A DNA stretch of 59,319 nucleotides, the filler included, from Platydemus manokwari (taxonomy: Eukaryota): NCBI GenBank assembly GCA_037951405.1. It is 5 parts of 5 records of this genome, joined end to end, with 100 filler letters (N's around TTAATTAATTAA, not from the genome) between each part and the next. Parts side by side here need not be neighbours in the genome. Positions count along the whole stretch, not along the records: positions 37,184 to 49,816 come from JBBMOY010036680.1; 4 more parts are not named here. One strand, 5' to 3'. Position numbers and translations under genes: made by a program. The notes beneath the pieces were generated by a model that did not search any database, was not told where the DNA came from, and was given only the letters and a program-made list of their open reading frames with translations. The number at the start of each line of letters is the position of its first letter. Position 1 is the first letter of the stretch. Shown piece after piece: positions 37,256 to 49,916 of this stretch.

Positions 37256-38094
37256 GCTCACGTTTGAACCACTTTTTGATAACATCGGATGTCGATTTTT
37301 ACTTGAGATTAAAAGTAAAAGAAGAAAAGACGAATATCATTATTTAATTATAATAACATTAAAAAATAGTGGATTATAATAATGGTCCAAATCAGTGGTT
37401 AACATTTTAACCAAAGCAGTAAAAGTACTAATATTAATTGAAGGGTAAATCAAGGACTAAATGCATGTTACCTCGTTCACGATACAACTTGAAAAAAACA
37501 TACCATAAAAGACAAAGTAGGAGGCGATTTGTATTTTATGGGATTGAAATTAATCATAATTTTAACTTTTAATCATTAGCAGGATTGATTTCAATTCTAA
37601 TTATAGACGAGGGATATAATCCGAGATAAGAATATCCTATACAATCTTAGAGGGAGCTTGAACTCCTGTATATCAGTGAAGTTCAAACCCCTAGTCTCAC
37701 TAATAAGGAATGTTCAACAAGTGCATCCTCATAGAAAGGCGGAACTATTTTTAAAACGAGTATCTAAATTGAATCTATTCTGAGGAATGGAACCTTACAT
37801 TCAAATCCGATTACCTTGAACAATGACGATTAAGTAAAAATGATATTAATTATCTCTCTTGTATTAATTGTCTTGACATTGCTTATTATTTCGAGAGTGA
37901 CAGTTTAATAAGCTTTTGACCAAGCTCGTCAAAAGTATTTTAGAATCAATAACAATGGCTTTTCCCATTCAATGATATCAAATAATAATTTCTGTTGAAT
38001 GATAAATGTTTCTTTGTGTTGTTTTGAAGAAATTCTTTAAAAAATAATTTGAGATTTTAAATAAAATGACCATTTAGCGCTGAGATCAACAATC

Positions 38095-38513
38095 GATGAA
38101 ATATAATTTTGAAATATAATCTTAATAAAATATAATTTTGAAATATAATCTTGATGAAATATAATTTTAAAATATAATCTTGATGAAATATAATTTGAAA
38201 TATAATCTTAATGAAATATAATTTTAAAATATAATCTTAATGAAATATAATTTTGAAATATAATCTTGATGAAATATAATTTTAAAATATAATCTTAATG
38301 AAATATAATTTTAAAATATAATCTTAATGAAATATAATTTTGAAATATAATCTTAATGAAATATAATTTTAAAATATAATCTTAATGAAATATAATTTTG
38401 AAATATAATCTTGATGAAATATAATTTTGAAATATAATCTTGATGAAATATAATTTTGAAATATAATCTTAATGAAATATAATTTTGAAATATAATCTTG
38501 ATGAAATATAATT
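38095..38513. repeat. 29-bp minisatellite, ~14 copies
   Basis: Unit ATGAAATATAATTTTRAAATATAATCTTR, built from two related GAAATATAAT sub-repeats (13 + 16 nt). Confidence 0.95.
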
Positions 38514-40222
38514 ATATTTTTATTCAAAATAATTTTATTTAGAAAATAAATTTTAAAATTATTTGCGGGAAAAACTTTTCTTCTATATTCTATTTTATTA
38601 TAAAATTAGTAAAAAATAAAAACAAATAACATTTATTTATCTATAATTATAAAGCAAAACAAATATCACATCAATATTCAAAAATAAAACATCGATTTAA
38701 AAGACCAACTAATGCAATTTTCTTGAGGAAAAAATGTTACAAGATTCTTTAAAAATTCGGTTTAGTTTGACAAACACTCACAATTGAGCGCGTAAATAAA
38801 CGAATTCGATTATTACAATCTTTATTAGAAGAACATTTCATAAAATCAACATTTCAAAATCAACTTAAAAATCAATAATTTAAAAATAAACAATGAAATC
38901 TGAGACCACAATATACAATTCAATGAAATCATCAATAAATATACAAAAATTATCAGAATAATAAATTAAAATCAATCCAATCGTTGAGATCCATTGATGT
39001 TAAAATGAATGAATTGATCAGATTGATGGATTTCTAGTAATTAATGGTTTTGAATGTTTATCTCTTCGAACCAGACAAAATTGCGGATGATTTTTCGCAA
39101 ATATCAAAAAGTTAAAAAAGAATTAATTCCAGATCACATATAAGATGACAAATAAATATTACAAATCAATTACAGACATACCAAAAATACTTTTATAACT
39201 ACACATCATTTATACAGCAATAACATTGATTTTTGAATATTAATAGATCGGAAATGAATTTATTGACGTATTTTATTCAACCATTTTTCTATAAAAACCC
39301 TTGATATTGCTTAATAAAAAATTATTGTTTTGCCCTAAAATCAATATTATAGAAATGTCTCCATGAATTTTGAAAATTCTGATTGTCACAGATTATCGAC
39401 ATATTATAGGCAACAAATTAAATGTTTGATATAAATGTTCAAATAATTTTCTTTTATTTTTAATCGCTTTCTCATATATTTTAATGTATAAAGCGATTTA
39501 AATAGATTTTTCTATTTACTTTGAGAACATGTTATTTCTTTACTAAATGATTACCACTCAAGTATCAATTTATTTACATAAGTTTCTAAACCTATATTAT
39601 TGAAGATAACTAATTAACGATCACACATCATTTCTCAAACAATTAAAAATCCATATCGATCTATTTCATTATTGATTTCTCAATTTAACATTAACATCGC
39701 ATAACTCATTGAAGAAGGCACAAAAATGAAATATTGGTAATCTCAAATAAACAATTCGGACTTTAGATAGTTAATAAAGTATTTTTTTTCAATCAATCCA
39801 AATGATATGGTGAGGCACGATAAGAATTAACAATATATTCGTTGTAATATTAAAGTTAGTTAAATACTAGTTCGATGAATCATGTTAAGATTTGATTAAA
39901 TTATTATAAAAATATTTACAAAAATCTTAAATAAAATTAACAAATCAAATAATGATAAAACATATAAACAATTAACTGGTATGATATGATACATTTGCTT
40001 TGTTCTTCTGGCACATACATCTTTCTATATTATTAACTGAAACGACATCCACAAGACGAATAGCACACATTTAACAATCTATTTTTACAAATCATTTATA
40101 GAAAGTTAATTGCTAAATATTTTTATTTATGTTAATGTTATTGAGAATAGAGGTCAGTACTTATTTCCAACGATTCTTACTGTCTTGAACCAACAAATAC
40201 TCCAAACTTAAACAACGACCTA

Positions 40223-41757
40223 CCGTAGATCAGTCTAAAATCTAGGGGGTCTTAATAGTGTGTAGACAGCAACTTGGCTTGACGGATCAACCATTGATGC
40301 ATGTGATTAACTAGTTATCTGCCGTTATTCAGCTGCTTTGTGATGCTACACAACAAATGGATATTTCAGCTAACAAATTTGTGTGCAATTTTCTGATTCC
40401 CGTAAAATGGCTGAAAGGCGAAATTCCTATACTGCAAGATTCAAGCTAAAAGTGATTGAAATTGCCAAAATCAATGGGAATAGAGCTGCAGAATGTGAAT
40501 TTGGCCTCCACCTGTTGCCAAGATGATCAGGACATGGCAAAAACAAGAAGATTATTTGAAGTAGATGCCTAAAGAGAATCTGCATTTGCCAAAACATAGA
40601 GCAAAGTGGCCAAAGCTTGAAGAGGAATTGAAAATTTGGAATTTTGAGCGCTCTCAGAGAGGCATTGTAATCTCAACCAATGAGGCTAAGAAAATTCCAC
40701 ATGCTCAAGATATCACTGACTTTAAGGGAAGTTCAGTTTGGTACTTCAGATTTAGAAAACGTCAGAGTTTAGAAATAAGAACAAGAACAAAGTTCACCTA
40801 ACGAATCCCTGAATTCTATGAAGAAAAAGTCCTATATTTCCATAAATTTGTTATCAATACCCACTAACAGTTTGGCTATGAATTGTCACGGATAGGCAAT
40901 ATGGATGAAATGCCTCTGAATTTTGATTGTCCTGAAAATCACACAATTGATGAGAAAGGAGCCAAGACAATTGCAATTCGTACAACAGGTCATGAAAAAA
41001 TTCATATTACCTGTGTTTTGACCTGTATGGCTGATGGCACCAAGTTGCCTCCATTATTTATCTTCAAAAGTAAAACCCTGCCTAAAGGTAAAATCCTCCC
41101 AGGAAAATTGATTCATGTTCATTCAAAAGGATGGATGGACCAGCAAGGCATGGACTTTTGGTTTGATAAGGTATGATCTAGGCGTCCTGGAGGCCTGTTG
41201 AAGAAGAAATATCTTTTGGTTTTTGGTCAGTTTAGATGGCATTTGGCGGAAAAAGAAAAACAAAAGGCTTAAGAACTGAGAACCCAGTTAGCAGGTGGTC
41301 TCACAAGCCAATTGCAACCTCTTGATATCAGTATAAATAAACCTTTTAGAGTAAACATGAAGGAAGAGTGGACCAAATGAATAAGTGAATCCGATTCAAA
41401 CTCAACTCCATCAAGCTTGTTGAAGAAACCAACAATCTCACAAGTCTGCCAATAGGTGAAAACTTCATGAGATGTCATCAAGAAAGATGTTATCATCAAA
41501 TCATTTAAGAAAATAGGTATTAGTAATGCCTTGGATGGCTCTGATTAATGATTCCTCAGACACAAATAATGAGGAAATTGAAGAATCAGCTACAAAACTG
41601 GTTAATAAACACTTGGAAACAGAAGATATGTTTGACAGTTAACAGGAATTTCATGGTTTCTATGACGAATAAAGTAATTTAGGTTTTTCCAAGATTTTTG
41701 ATCTAAAAAAGAAGAGAGTCCTAATAGATGTAGGGTCATAATATGTGTAATTTACGG
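40223..41757 (+). mobile_element. Tc1/mariner-superfamily pogo/Tc2-like DNA transposon (defective)
   Basis: TA|CCGTA...TACGG|TA termini (TA TSD), repeated subterminal motif GTCYTAATAG, encloses a transposase pseudogene. Confidence 0.85.
40407..41673 (+). pseudogene. pogo-family (BrkDBD/CENP-B HTH + DDE_1) transposase, disrupted
   Basis: MAERRNSYTARFKLKVIEIAKINGNRAAECEFG (Brinker-type HTH); KWPKLEEEL...FKGSSVWYFRFRKR (Tc5/CENP-B HTH); GNMDEMP, TTGHEK..TCVL.CMADGTKLPP..IFK, KGWMD, GGLTSQLQPLDISINKPF; acidic tail ending EFHGFYDE*. Several stops and frameshifts; second catalytic D replaced by G. Confidence 0.92.
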
Positions 41758-43025
41758 TAAATTATTTGGACTTAAGAATTAACCGACCAAGTTTTAAAAC
41801 AAAATTAAAACAAAAATTTAAATCATATACAAATTCGCACAATTCGCTAAAAATCAAACCTGGATATACCGGATCGATAATCGATTATTTATATACGCTT
41901 AGGAATCTTAAATAAAGATATTGGTCGGAAATTGTGCTGCTTTCTGTTCTAAATTGAAAGTCTTCTTCGTTTCAGTAAATTCCACGTATTAAAGGGATAT
42001 CTGTCAATGAATACTACATCCGTCGACTTCCAATTATCAACAATGCCTGTGTCATGACATTATTTCCACTTGAATTTCTATATCTATCAACTGTTTCCAA
42101 CATTTTAGTCTTTGACGGTTATTATGACAGATACGAGAGGTATTTTCGATAACGAAAATTATTATTTTCTGAAATTTCAGTCTGATTTTTTCCTGTACTC
42201 TGCAATACTTATTCCTTTGTTATTCCAGTAATTTTTTGTGGAATCATTTGTTTATCAGAAAAATACAAACGGAAATCGATTTTCGACAGAAGTTCACTTC
42301 CTATATTCTCCATAGTTATTGCAGTATATCTCTGAAAAAAAAGGGTTATTCCATTGCGAAACTGTTACAAGTATATCGTTGATATTCTTATTTCTATTTA
42401 ATATCATGATGCGAGAAAAGTTTATTAAATTATAATAAAATTTTGAAAAAACGATTTTGGAATTGTTAATTCTAAGTGGGTTTCGTCAACTGAAATAAGA
42501 ATCGTTTCATATCGTTAATATGAAATACTAATAAGAAATAAACGATCGGTTTCACTATCAGTCTTTCCAAAATATCTATAAAAAAGCACATATCTGTGGA
42601 TACTGACGCTTCACATGTTTGGAAGCACTAGGATCTGACGATTCACATAATCTAAAGCAATAAAATTCCAGAATGATTGATCGCAATTCTAACCTCGGCA
42701 GAATAAATTGATAATTGGACTTCATAGTAAAATAAATTTCCTCTTAGATAAAATGACATTCAATAAACATTCCTCCCCTTACAGCAAGGCTGCTCTAATA
42801 GATAAAAGCAACGACAAAAAAGAAAATTGAAATTTTATAATTATTCGCTTTCATCTTACATATCGTGTTCCAACAACAAAGGAAAATCTCCACAGCTGAT
42901 ATTTGTTATCGACTATTATTAGTATCACAATGAAGATCATTGGATAAAAAGATTTACAAATCAATAATATTGGACAAATACAACGGTTCCAATTTCTATA
43001 CAGACCATCATTCTACAATTCCAAC

Positions 43026-43970
43026 ATGGCGACGATTTTTGATATTTTCAATACGATTTTATTGATAATTGGTTTTATTTTCGATATTATACTGTTAAGA
43101 TTATTTCAAAAAATAAAGATTCACTTGACCGACTGTGTCAGTTTGATTGCGTTTCTGATCATTCTTTCGGATCTATTGCAATCGGCAGTTTTGATTGTAC
43201 TCGAACAAATCCATTCCAAATTGTGTTGTAAATTATTGATTTACGTTCAATATTGTTGTAGTTCGGGATGTATGTTATCGGTGCTGGTATTGATGACAAT
43301 TTTCAACTCAAATCTCCATTCCAATGGATCAGCATCGAGAAGTGTTTTTCTAACACCAGCATTGATTTGGTTTGGAATTTTGGCGGCAAATATGTGGGTT
43401 GCGATAACATACAAATGTTTCCATAGTAATTCTGTCATAATAATTTTCGAAACTAGTTATGATGAATATTTTGTGATGACTCATACGTTTGTCATAATAT
43501 TGTTACCGATAATCACGTGGACCTATTTACTATATAGACGTTGGCTACCGATAGCTATTCTTAACAAGCCCCAGAGGAAATTATTGATTACCTTACATTT
43601 AATATATTTACTTTTAGTAATTCCAAATTTCGTCTGTATTATTTCATTTCAAATCAATCCAAATCTTGAGAATATAACGATTGCTACCTATATAACAAGA
43701 TCATTATATGATTTGCAATTGATAATAAAGCCCATCGTATTTGTTTTATTGAACAAAAAAATCAAAAACCAACTACTTCACATTCATCGACGATCGGCAT
43801 TTGTCCATATACCAAACATACAAATCGATCTACCATCAATCGATTCAATGACATCGATGAAAACTCGAGACAGACTGGAAAGTAATATATCCAATGATTC
43901 GAGAAATTATTTCCTCACACTTCCAACGAGAAAATTTGAAATTTCCAAGAAATTCAATAACTACAATTGA
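43026..43970 (+). CDS. Intronless divergent rhodopsin-like (class A) 7TM GPCR, orphan
   Basis: 314-aa intact ORF in AT-rich DNA with seven hydrophobic segments; TM2 LILSDLL, Cys at top of TM3 (CKLLIYVQY), TM4 IW, TM5 LLP, TM6 VIPN, TM7 IKPIVF (NPxxY variant) and helix-8-like NKKIKNQL. Confidence 0.85.
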   Translation: MATIFDIFNTILLIIGFIFDIILLRLFQKIKIHLTDCVSLIAFLIILSDLLQSAVLIVLEQIHSKLCCKLLIYVQYCCSSGCMLSVLVLMTIFNSNLHSNGSASRSVFLTPALIWFGILAANMWVAITYKCFHSNSVIIIFETSYDEYFVMTHTFVIILLPIITWTYLLYRRWLPIAILNKPQRKLLITLHLIYLLLVIPNFVCIISFQINPNLENITIATYITRSLYDLQLIIKPIVFVLLNKKIKNQLLHIHRRSAFVHIPNIQIDLPSIDSMTSMKTRDRLESNISNDSRNYFLTLPTRKFEISKKFNNYN

Positions 43971-44495
43971 TTATGATTGTTTTACTGTATTATTTTTTTA
44001 TTAATTCCATTGGAAATTTGCTTTTGAGTTGAAGAATGATCTCGAAATGATCGAAAGTGTCATTGTATATTGGCTTAATGATACTTGCTTAATCGAGAAT
44101 AGAGTTTCATCACTATCAATATTGTTTGTTCTTTTCTTTTTGAGTTAGATTATATTTATGAAATGGCCCACGTTTTATCAACGTATATCCAATTAAGATG
44201 AGCGGGAAAACTTAGAAAGATTTTCTAACCAATTTATTTGATATCTTTGTTATTTTCAAAAGGAAATATCAGTTTGATATTTCACATGTATGTCGGATTT
44301 GTTTGAATTGGTTTCAGAAATGTTTAATGTCAATTTATTGCTTTCTTTGAATAAAAACCGAACGTTTTCCATGCATGAATTGGTTTAATTAAGTTGTCGA
44401 TGCGATTGATATCCGAAAACTTCATATGAAATCGTAATATTAAATTAAACTTTGCTCCGATAATATACAGATTAATATATAATAATAGTAATAAT

Positions 44496-44497
<2 letters not shown>

Positions 44498-44537
<40 letters not shown>
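44498..44537. repeat. (AAT)n microsatellite within a larger degenerate AAT-rich tract
   Basis: Direct inspection. Confidence 0.9.
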
Positions 44538-46582
44538 TAAAATAATTATTATGGTAATAGAAATATTAATAATAGTAATATTAGTGATAATAATGATGAT
44601 GATAATATCAAAAATATTATCAATAATAATATTTTGATTATAAAAATGATAAAGATAATAATAACATTATGTAATTATATAAGATAATATCCTGATAATA
44701 ATCATTAAGATAACAATTATGGTAATCATAAAATTATGTCATGTATCAAAGAATCTAAAGCACAGTTAAAATCCTTCTCTCACCAAAATCCCTGATACGA
44801 TATTTGACATACATGCATACCTACACAGTCAGATAGATGTGACCATCGACAAATCAGAATTAGTATGCAACGAAGATTTCAATATCACCAAATGAATGGC
44901 TAGACTACGACATAAACACATATTCATCAATTCCAATTGGTATAGATTAATATTTTCAACCTTGAAAATCAAAACATCTTATAGAAGTTGAGCACGCGTA
45001 TCAAACGCAAACTCTTGACAATAAATGTCGGATCAAGTATGTGTTTTTATCAATGTAAACTAGAGGAAAAGTTTCATTTATAATACGAGTGTTTGGTCAT
45101 GTAACTAATGAGTTCTTTTCATGTTACTAAGGTAACCTGCTTAATAATACAATGAAGGTGCTGAAAATAAATATTTGTATCAAGCTTATGTTTAATATTC
45201 AACAATAATAATTATGATGATTATTATTGTTAGTTGCTAACACTTCGTTTTTTATGTTGGATTTAAATGTCAATTGTTAACGCGCAACAAGATATTCTTA
45301 TAAATATATTTTCTAAACAAATATTCTATTATTTTTAGCCTTCTTTAAAAATTCAAATTACCATTAATATAAATATTATTTTTTAACACATTGTGATTTT
45401 TTTAAAAATTTTATAAATTATATTTAAAATTTTTGAGAGGTCACAGTAATTGTTTGAGCAAGATTATTATTAAATATTTTTAATATAATCAATATTTTTT
45501 ATAATTATTAATCATCATTTAAATTTTAAACCCCACAATAATAATAATATTAAAAATAATAAATATTCTACGTTGAAAGTCGTCAATAAAGTGGGTAATG
45601 AATTTCCACAATGTCATGTTATAGATGATGATTGGAAAGCTTCTATTATTGTTGTTAACAAGGATAATGGAATTAATAATGATAATATTCGCTGTGAAAA
45701 GAGCAACAAATGATTTTCAGTCAATTAGATATGTTGAATCTAATGAGCATGGCCTCAAGATATTTCATTACCAAAATCCATAGCTAACAATTTCTATTGA
45801 ACTCAAATCATTAGACATTTTAAATCAATAAATTCAAACATCACCGATACAATTCGAGAAGAATCTTATAGTAAATTGTACTTCAAACTAGCCTCTGTGT
45901 TGTACTTTGTGGAAAATTATATTTAGCTACTCTGTCTGTATACATGCAATTCTTTTCTTAATTGTCAGTCATAGAATAGAAACGAATGATGCAAAATTAA
46001 AACAAATCAAATTTAATGAGGATAAAATAGAACAGGTACACAAAGCATTTTCATACATACAAACCAATGACATGAAATTCGAAAGCATGATTATAAAATC
46101 AAATCCTGAGTAGAACAGGCACCAGCAAATACTATTATCGAATAAAATCAATAAAACCCATCTACAAATTCCAAGTAATAGTAATAATAATTTTATCAAC
46201 AATTCCAAACATATTTAAATAATGAGGAACTATAGAATAAATAACAACGCAGAACAATCTGAGATCCTTCAAATGTTAAATGCATTCGCAGTAACAAAAT
46301 TCTATCAGAAATTATATATCACAACTGCTGCTCCGAAAACTAACAATAGACTCTTTTTGGATTATTATTATTATCATTTCCAAAACTGTCAGGAACAGAG
46401 TTTTGGTAGAATAATCATTGAATATACGAATAAGATATCTAGCAAACAGTATGCAAATATTCACGTCTGCTACTAATCCAAAATGAAACCAAATTAGTTT
46501 CAGGAAATAAAAGTAATTAAAAATGGAACCTAAAGAAAATCAAAGTAGATAGCATAGAAACTAAATTGTGAATATTGAGCGC

Positions 46583-46698
46583 TCATCCATCCACTGGCGT
46601 CCCGAGGTAAACAATACATACCTCTGAATGGCCATAGACTGCAGAAACTGCTGGGTATAATGGTTTACCATTAGTCCAAACATTAGTAAACGAGAAAT
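46583..46698 (-). CDS. FBXO45: FBXO45 terminal exon
   Basis: After a 51-nt GT-AG intron: [38 protein letters not shown], matching the FBXO45 C-terminus [25 protein letters not shown]. Confidence 0.9.
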
Positions 46699-46749
46699 CT
46701 TGAAATGAAAACCGCTCTATATTGTATAAAATAAAATTTACAATCATAC

Positions 46750-46861
46750 CTAATTTCGAAAAATTGTGCTCCACTTCTCCTAATCCATTTGTATCGATAC
46801 TTTTTTCAAAACTTAAAAGGCGCTCATCACAATCCAAAATCATCCTGAGTCGATCACCCAC
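46750..46861 (-). CDS. FBXO45: F-box/SPRY protein FBXO45 (Fsn), penultimate exon; gene is 5'-partial
   Basis: ATAAG acceptor, VGDRLRMILDCDERLLSFEK matches [20 protein letters not shown] of FBXO45; G|GTATGA donor. Confidence 0.85.
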
Positions 46862-49162
46862 CTTATGGATTATGAAATTTATTATATGAATAAAGGACAT
46901 TATAGTAAAAAAAATCATATCGTAAATGAAATTATTAAAATAAATATTATGTAAGAAATAAATAAAATAATATCCTTGCAGGTACAGAAACATATAATCA
47001 TATTGATTCATGATAAAGATAACTTTGGTTAAATCTCGAATTATTAAAGAAATCAAGAGATTATTATTTAGATCATCAAATAGAACATACATTCGAACTC
47101 ATTTGATATTAATAACAGCTTCATATGATAAATGAAACATTTATTTTTTATGATAATCCAAAACAAAATAATCGGTTAATATCAATAATTTTTTACTGGA
47201 AATGAAATCCTAGCATGAACCAAGAAAATCCTTATTTCAAATTCATTCGTATTGAAAAATTAACTAAAGAATTTTATTTTATTTTAAACAATAAAAAAAT
47301 TAATCGAGAGATTTGAAATAATTCTCAAAGGACTCGAAAAACTGTGCCAACTCATGCTTCAAAACAACAGACTGAGAAAGAAAATGCCCTTAACCTATCA
47401 ATCAAAAATTACAAGCAGATAAAATGACACGAATATTAGATATATCAAATAAAAACTGGAGGATTTATTATAAGGAGAAATACGAAAATCGGGATTTGAT
47501 AATATCATTTTATTGATGGAGCTATTTGCTTTGATAAAATGAATCGAATAATAATAAATTACCATTAGAATATCATTAGAATAAGAAAAGTTTAGTGAAA
47601 CATAAATTCTCTTGGAAAAGTTAACATGATGAAAACAATACTTCTCCAGTACGTGTTCTTTATAAGTAAATTGGAATCGACTCGTCATTTATTTATTTAT
47701 GAATGATTTCAGATATTCGTAAACCAGTACATGAGGAGTCAGTAAGAAATTGATTCGAGCCCGAGTCTTTTGGAAATAAAATCTTACCTGTTCCTACCCC
47801 ATCCAACTGGAGTTTTTAACATTAAATTTTATAAATTAAATCTACCGATAACATTTTTTCTGCAATAGATGTAAGAACATTATGATTTGAAATATCGATA
47901 TTAATTTCTAATCTTTCTTGTAAATCAAAAATTCAAATTAGAAAATAAAACAATTGCTCTATTTCATATTAAAATAAAATAATTTACGATTACGGCATTT
48001 ACTAACCATTAAAATGCGTGATAAATTAAGGGAAAACGTGTATCTGATTTCGCCGACTTTAATTTTCAAGTATGGTTTCTTAAAACATCTTGAAAAATTA
48101 ACATTTCAATGATCGAATTAAATTGTTCAAAACTAATCTCATGTATCAAAACTAAAATTATTTTTTATAACATAATATTATATGTTGAACGAAATGAAAT
48201 CAATCAAGATGAAAATCTGGGAACATTTTCTAACTAATAGAAAATCTGAGAAAGCCAAAAAATCAGTCAACCATGTCTCTTATAATAAATGGTTACAAAT
48301 CATGAACCGATTGTTTGAGTTCGTATTCATCAAAATATCAATAATTATAAAATAATATTTTCATTCTTAACAAACTCGAAAACTAGAAACCCTATCTGTA
48401 ATTCAGATACGGAGAAATCAATTTTTGAAGAAAAATTCCATTGAAAAATACAATTGCCGGAAGAAAATGTCAGAATATATGACAGTCATGTTACAACTAC
48501 ATGTATAAAATTGCAGCGATATTCAATTATTTCTGATCATGTTAACAATAAATAAGATTAACATTATTCTACATTTTAATTTAGAATTCTGTAACATCAA
48601 TCGGCAAGCTAAATCCAAAGAAAAATTCTCTTTTAGACATTCATTATTCGCACAAGCTTCTGATAATTGACAGGCGAATCGATTTGGGATCTCCAGAGAC
48701 CCTTGATATTTATCGACATAGGTTGATTTATTTAACAAGTCAAATCCTTTTTTATTTAGAATATTTATTAATAAAATTACATATATAATTGAGAGAAATT
48801 AATATTAATATAAAATAATATTGAGACTAAGAACTCATTATATTTGTTAGAAAATATTTAAAATCAATTTATATTCTTCTCAAGAAAATAAAAATAACTG
48901 AACAAACTAAAATATTATCAAAAATAACAAAAAATTCGTTTCCATTTATGTAACTGGATTATTTAATCTTTTTGGGTATGTCATACTGAGATTTAACTGA
49001 TAGTATCAATCAATAAATTAGAAGACATCATTATTCTACCACTCGATGTTGATTATCAGTACACGTAAGGAGTTGCAAACATACTTACTCTTCTATTTTC
49101 AGTGATTAACCACTTTCAATCGAAATTAAAATTTGGAAATAAAAAAATGAAAATTTAATTTA

Positions 49163-49164
<2 letters not shown>

Positions 49165-49212
<48 letters not shown>
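49165..49212. repeat. (AAT)n microsatellite
   Basis: 16 perfect AAT units. Confidence 0.95.
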
Positions 49213-49788
49213 CAACTAAAATTTAAATAAAAGAAAAAAAATAATTCATTTTTCAAAAAGCAAAAATGTGTAAAATTCAAATAATCCCTTTTCTACAGAT
49301 GTAAATTTTATCTTAAATTTCTGTTTATCTTGACAGATAATAAGCTAATAACGAACTGAAGAAAAGACAGAAAATTATTAATTTAATTGTGAAACTTCCG
49401 ATATTGCCCACAAGACTAATTTTAAGATATCAAATTCTTGAAATTCGTTTGGATAAGAATTCGAAGTAAACAAAAATTTCTTGTGAAGATTTAAAAAGTG
49501 AATCATTCATTACTCTAAAGAAATGACTGGCATTTGAAATAAGAAAATATGCTCAGAAAAAATATTCACATACATATATGTAGGTAATATGGTAATAGAT
49601 TTAACTTGTATGAAACTGAAATGTGAATATTAGTCAATTTAGAAATATTTCGATTGTTTTAATGATGCAATTCAATAGACCAAATGAGAGTTCAATCCTA
49701 GACTAAAATATTTGATATTGATCGTTAAATACCCAGATAGAATTCGAAATTAATTTTAATAAATGTTAAAATCTACTTTTAGATTTAG

Positions 49789-49816
49789 TATATATATATA
49801 TATATATATATATATA
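49789..49816. repeat. (TA)n microsatellite at contig end
   Basis: TA run ending at the gap. Confidence 0.9.
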
Positions 49817-49916
49817 NNNNNNNNNNNNNNNNNNNNNNNNNNNNNNNNNNNNNNNNNNNNTTAATTAATTAANNNNNNNNNNNNNNNNNNNNNNNNNNNN
49901 NNNNNNNNNNNNNNNN
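49817..49916. other. Assembly spacer
   Basis: Same 100-nt construct. Confidence 0.98.

Noticed and set aside
38095-38513. CRISPR-like array
   Set aside because: Head-to-tail tandem units without unique spacers, eukaryotic context, no cas genes.
39018-39100. Minus-strand peptide AKNHPQFCLVRRDKHSKPLITRNPSI* as a terminal exon
   Set aside because: No AG acceptor before the upstream in-frame stop.
43247-43438. Antisense ORF within the GPCR (also ORF 22427-22741 opposite the integrase and 41269-41499 opposite the transposase)
   Set aside because: Shadow ORFs of real coding sequence on the other strand.
46862-47092. Hydrophobic N-terminal part of ORF 46583-47092 as coding
   Set aside because: AT-rich intron read-through; FBXO45 similarity starts only after the AG acceptor at 46862-46863.
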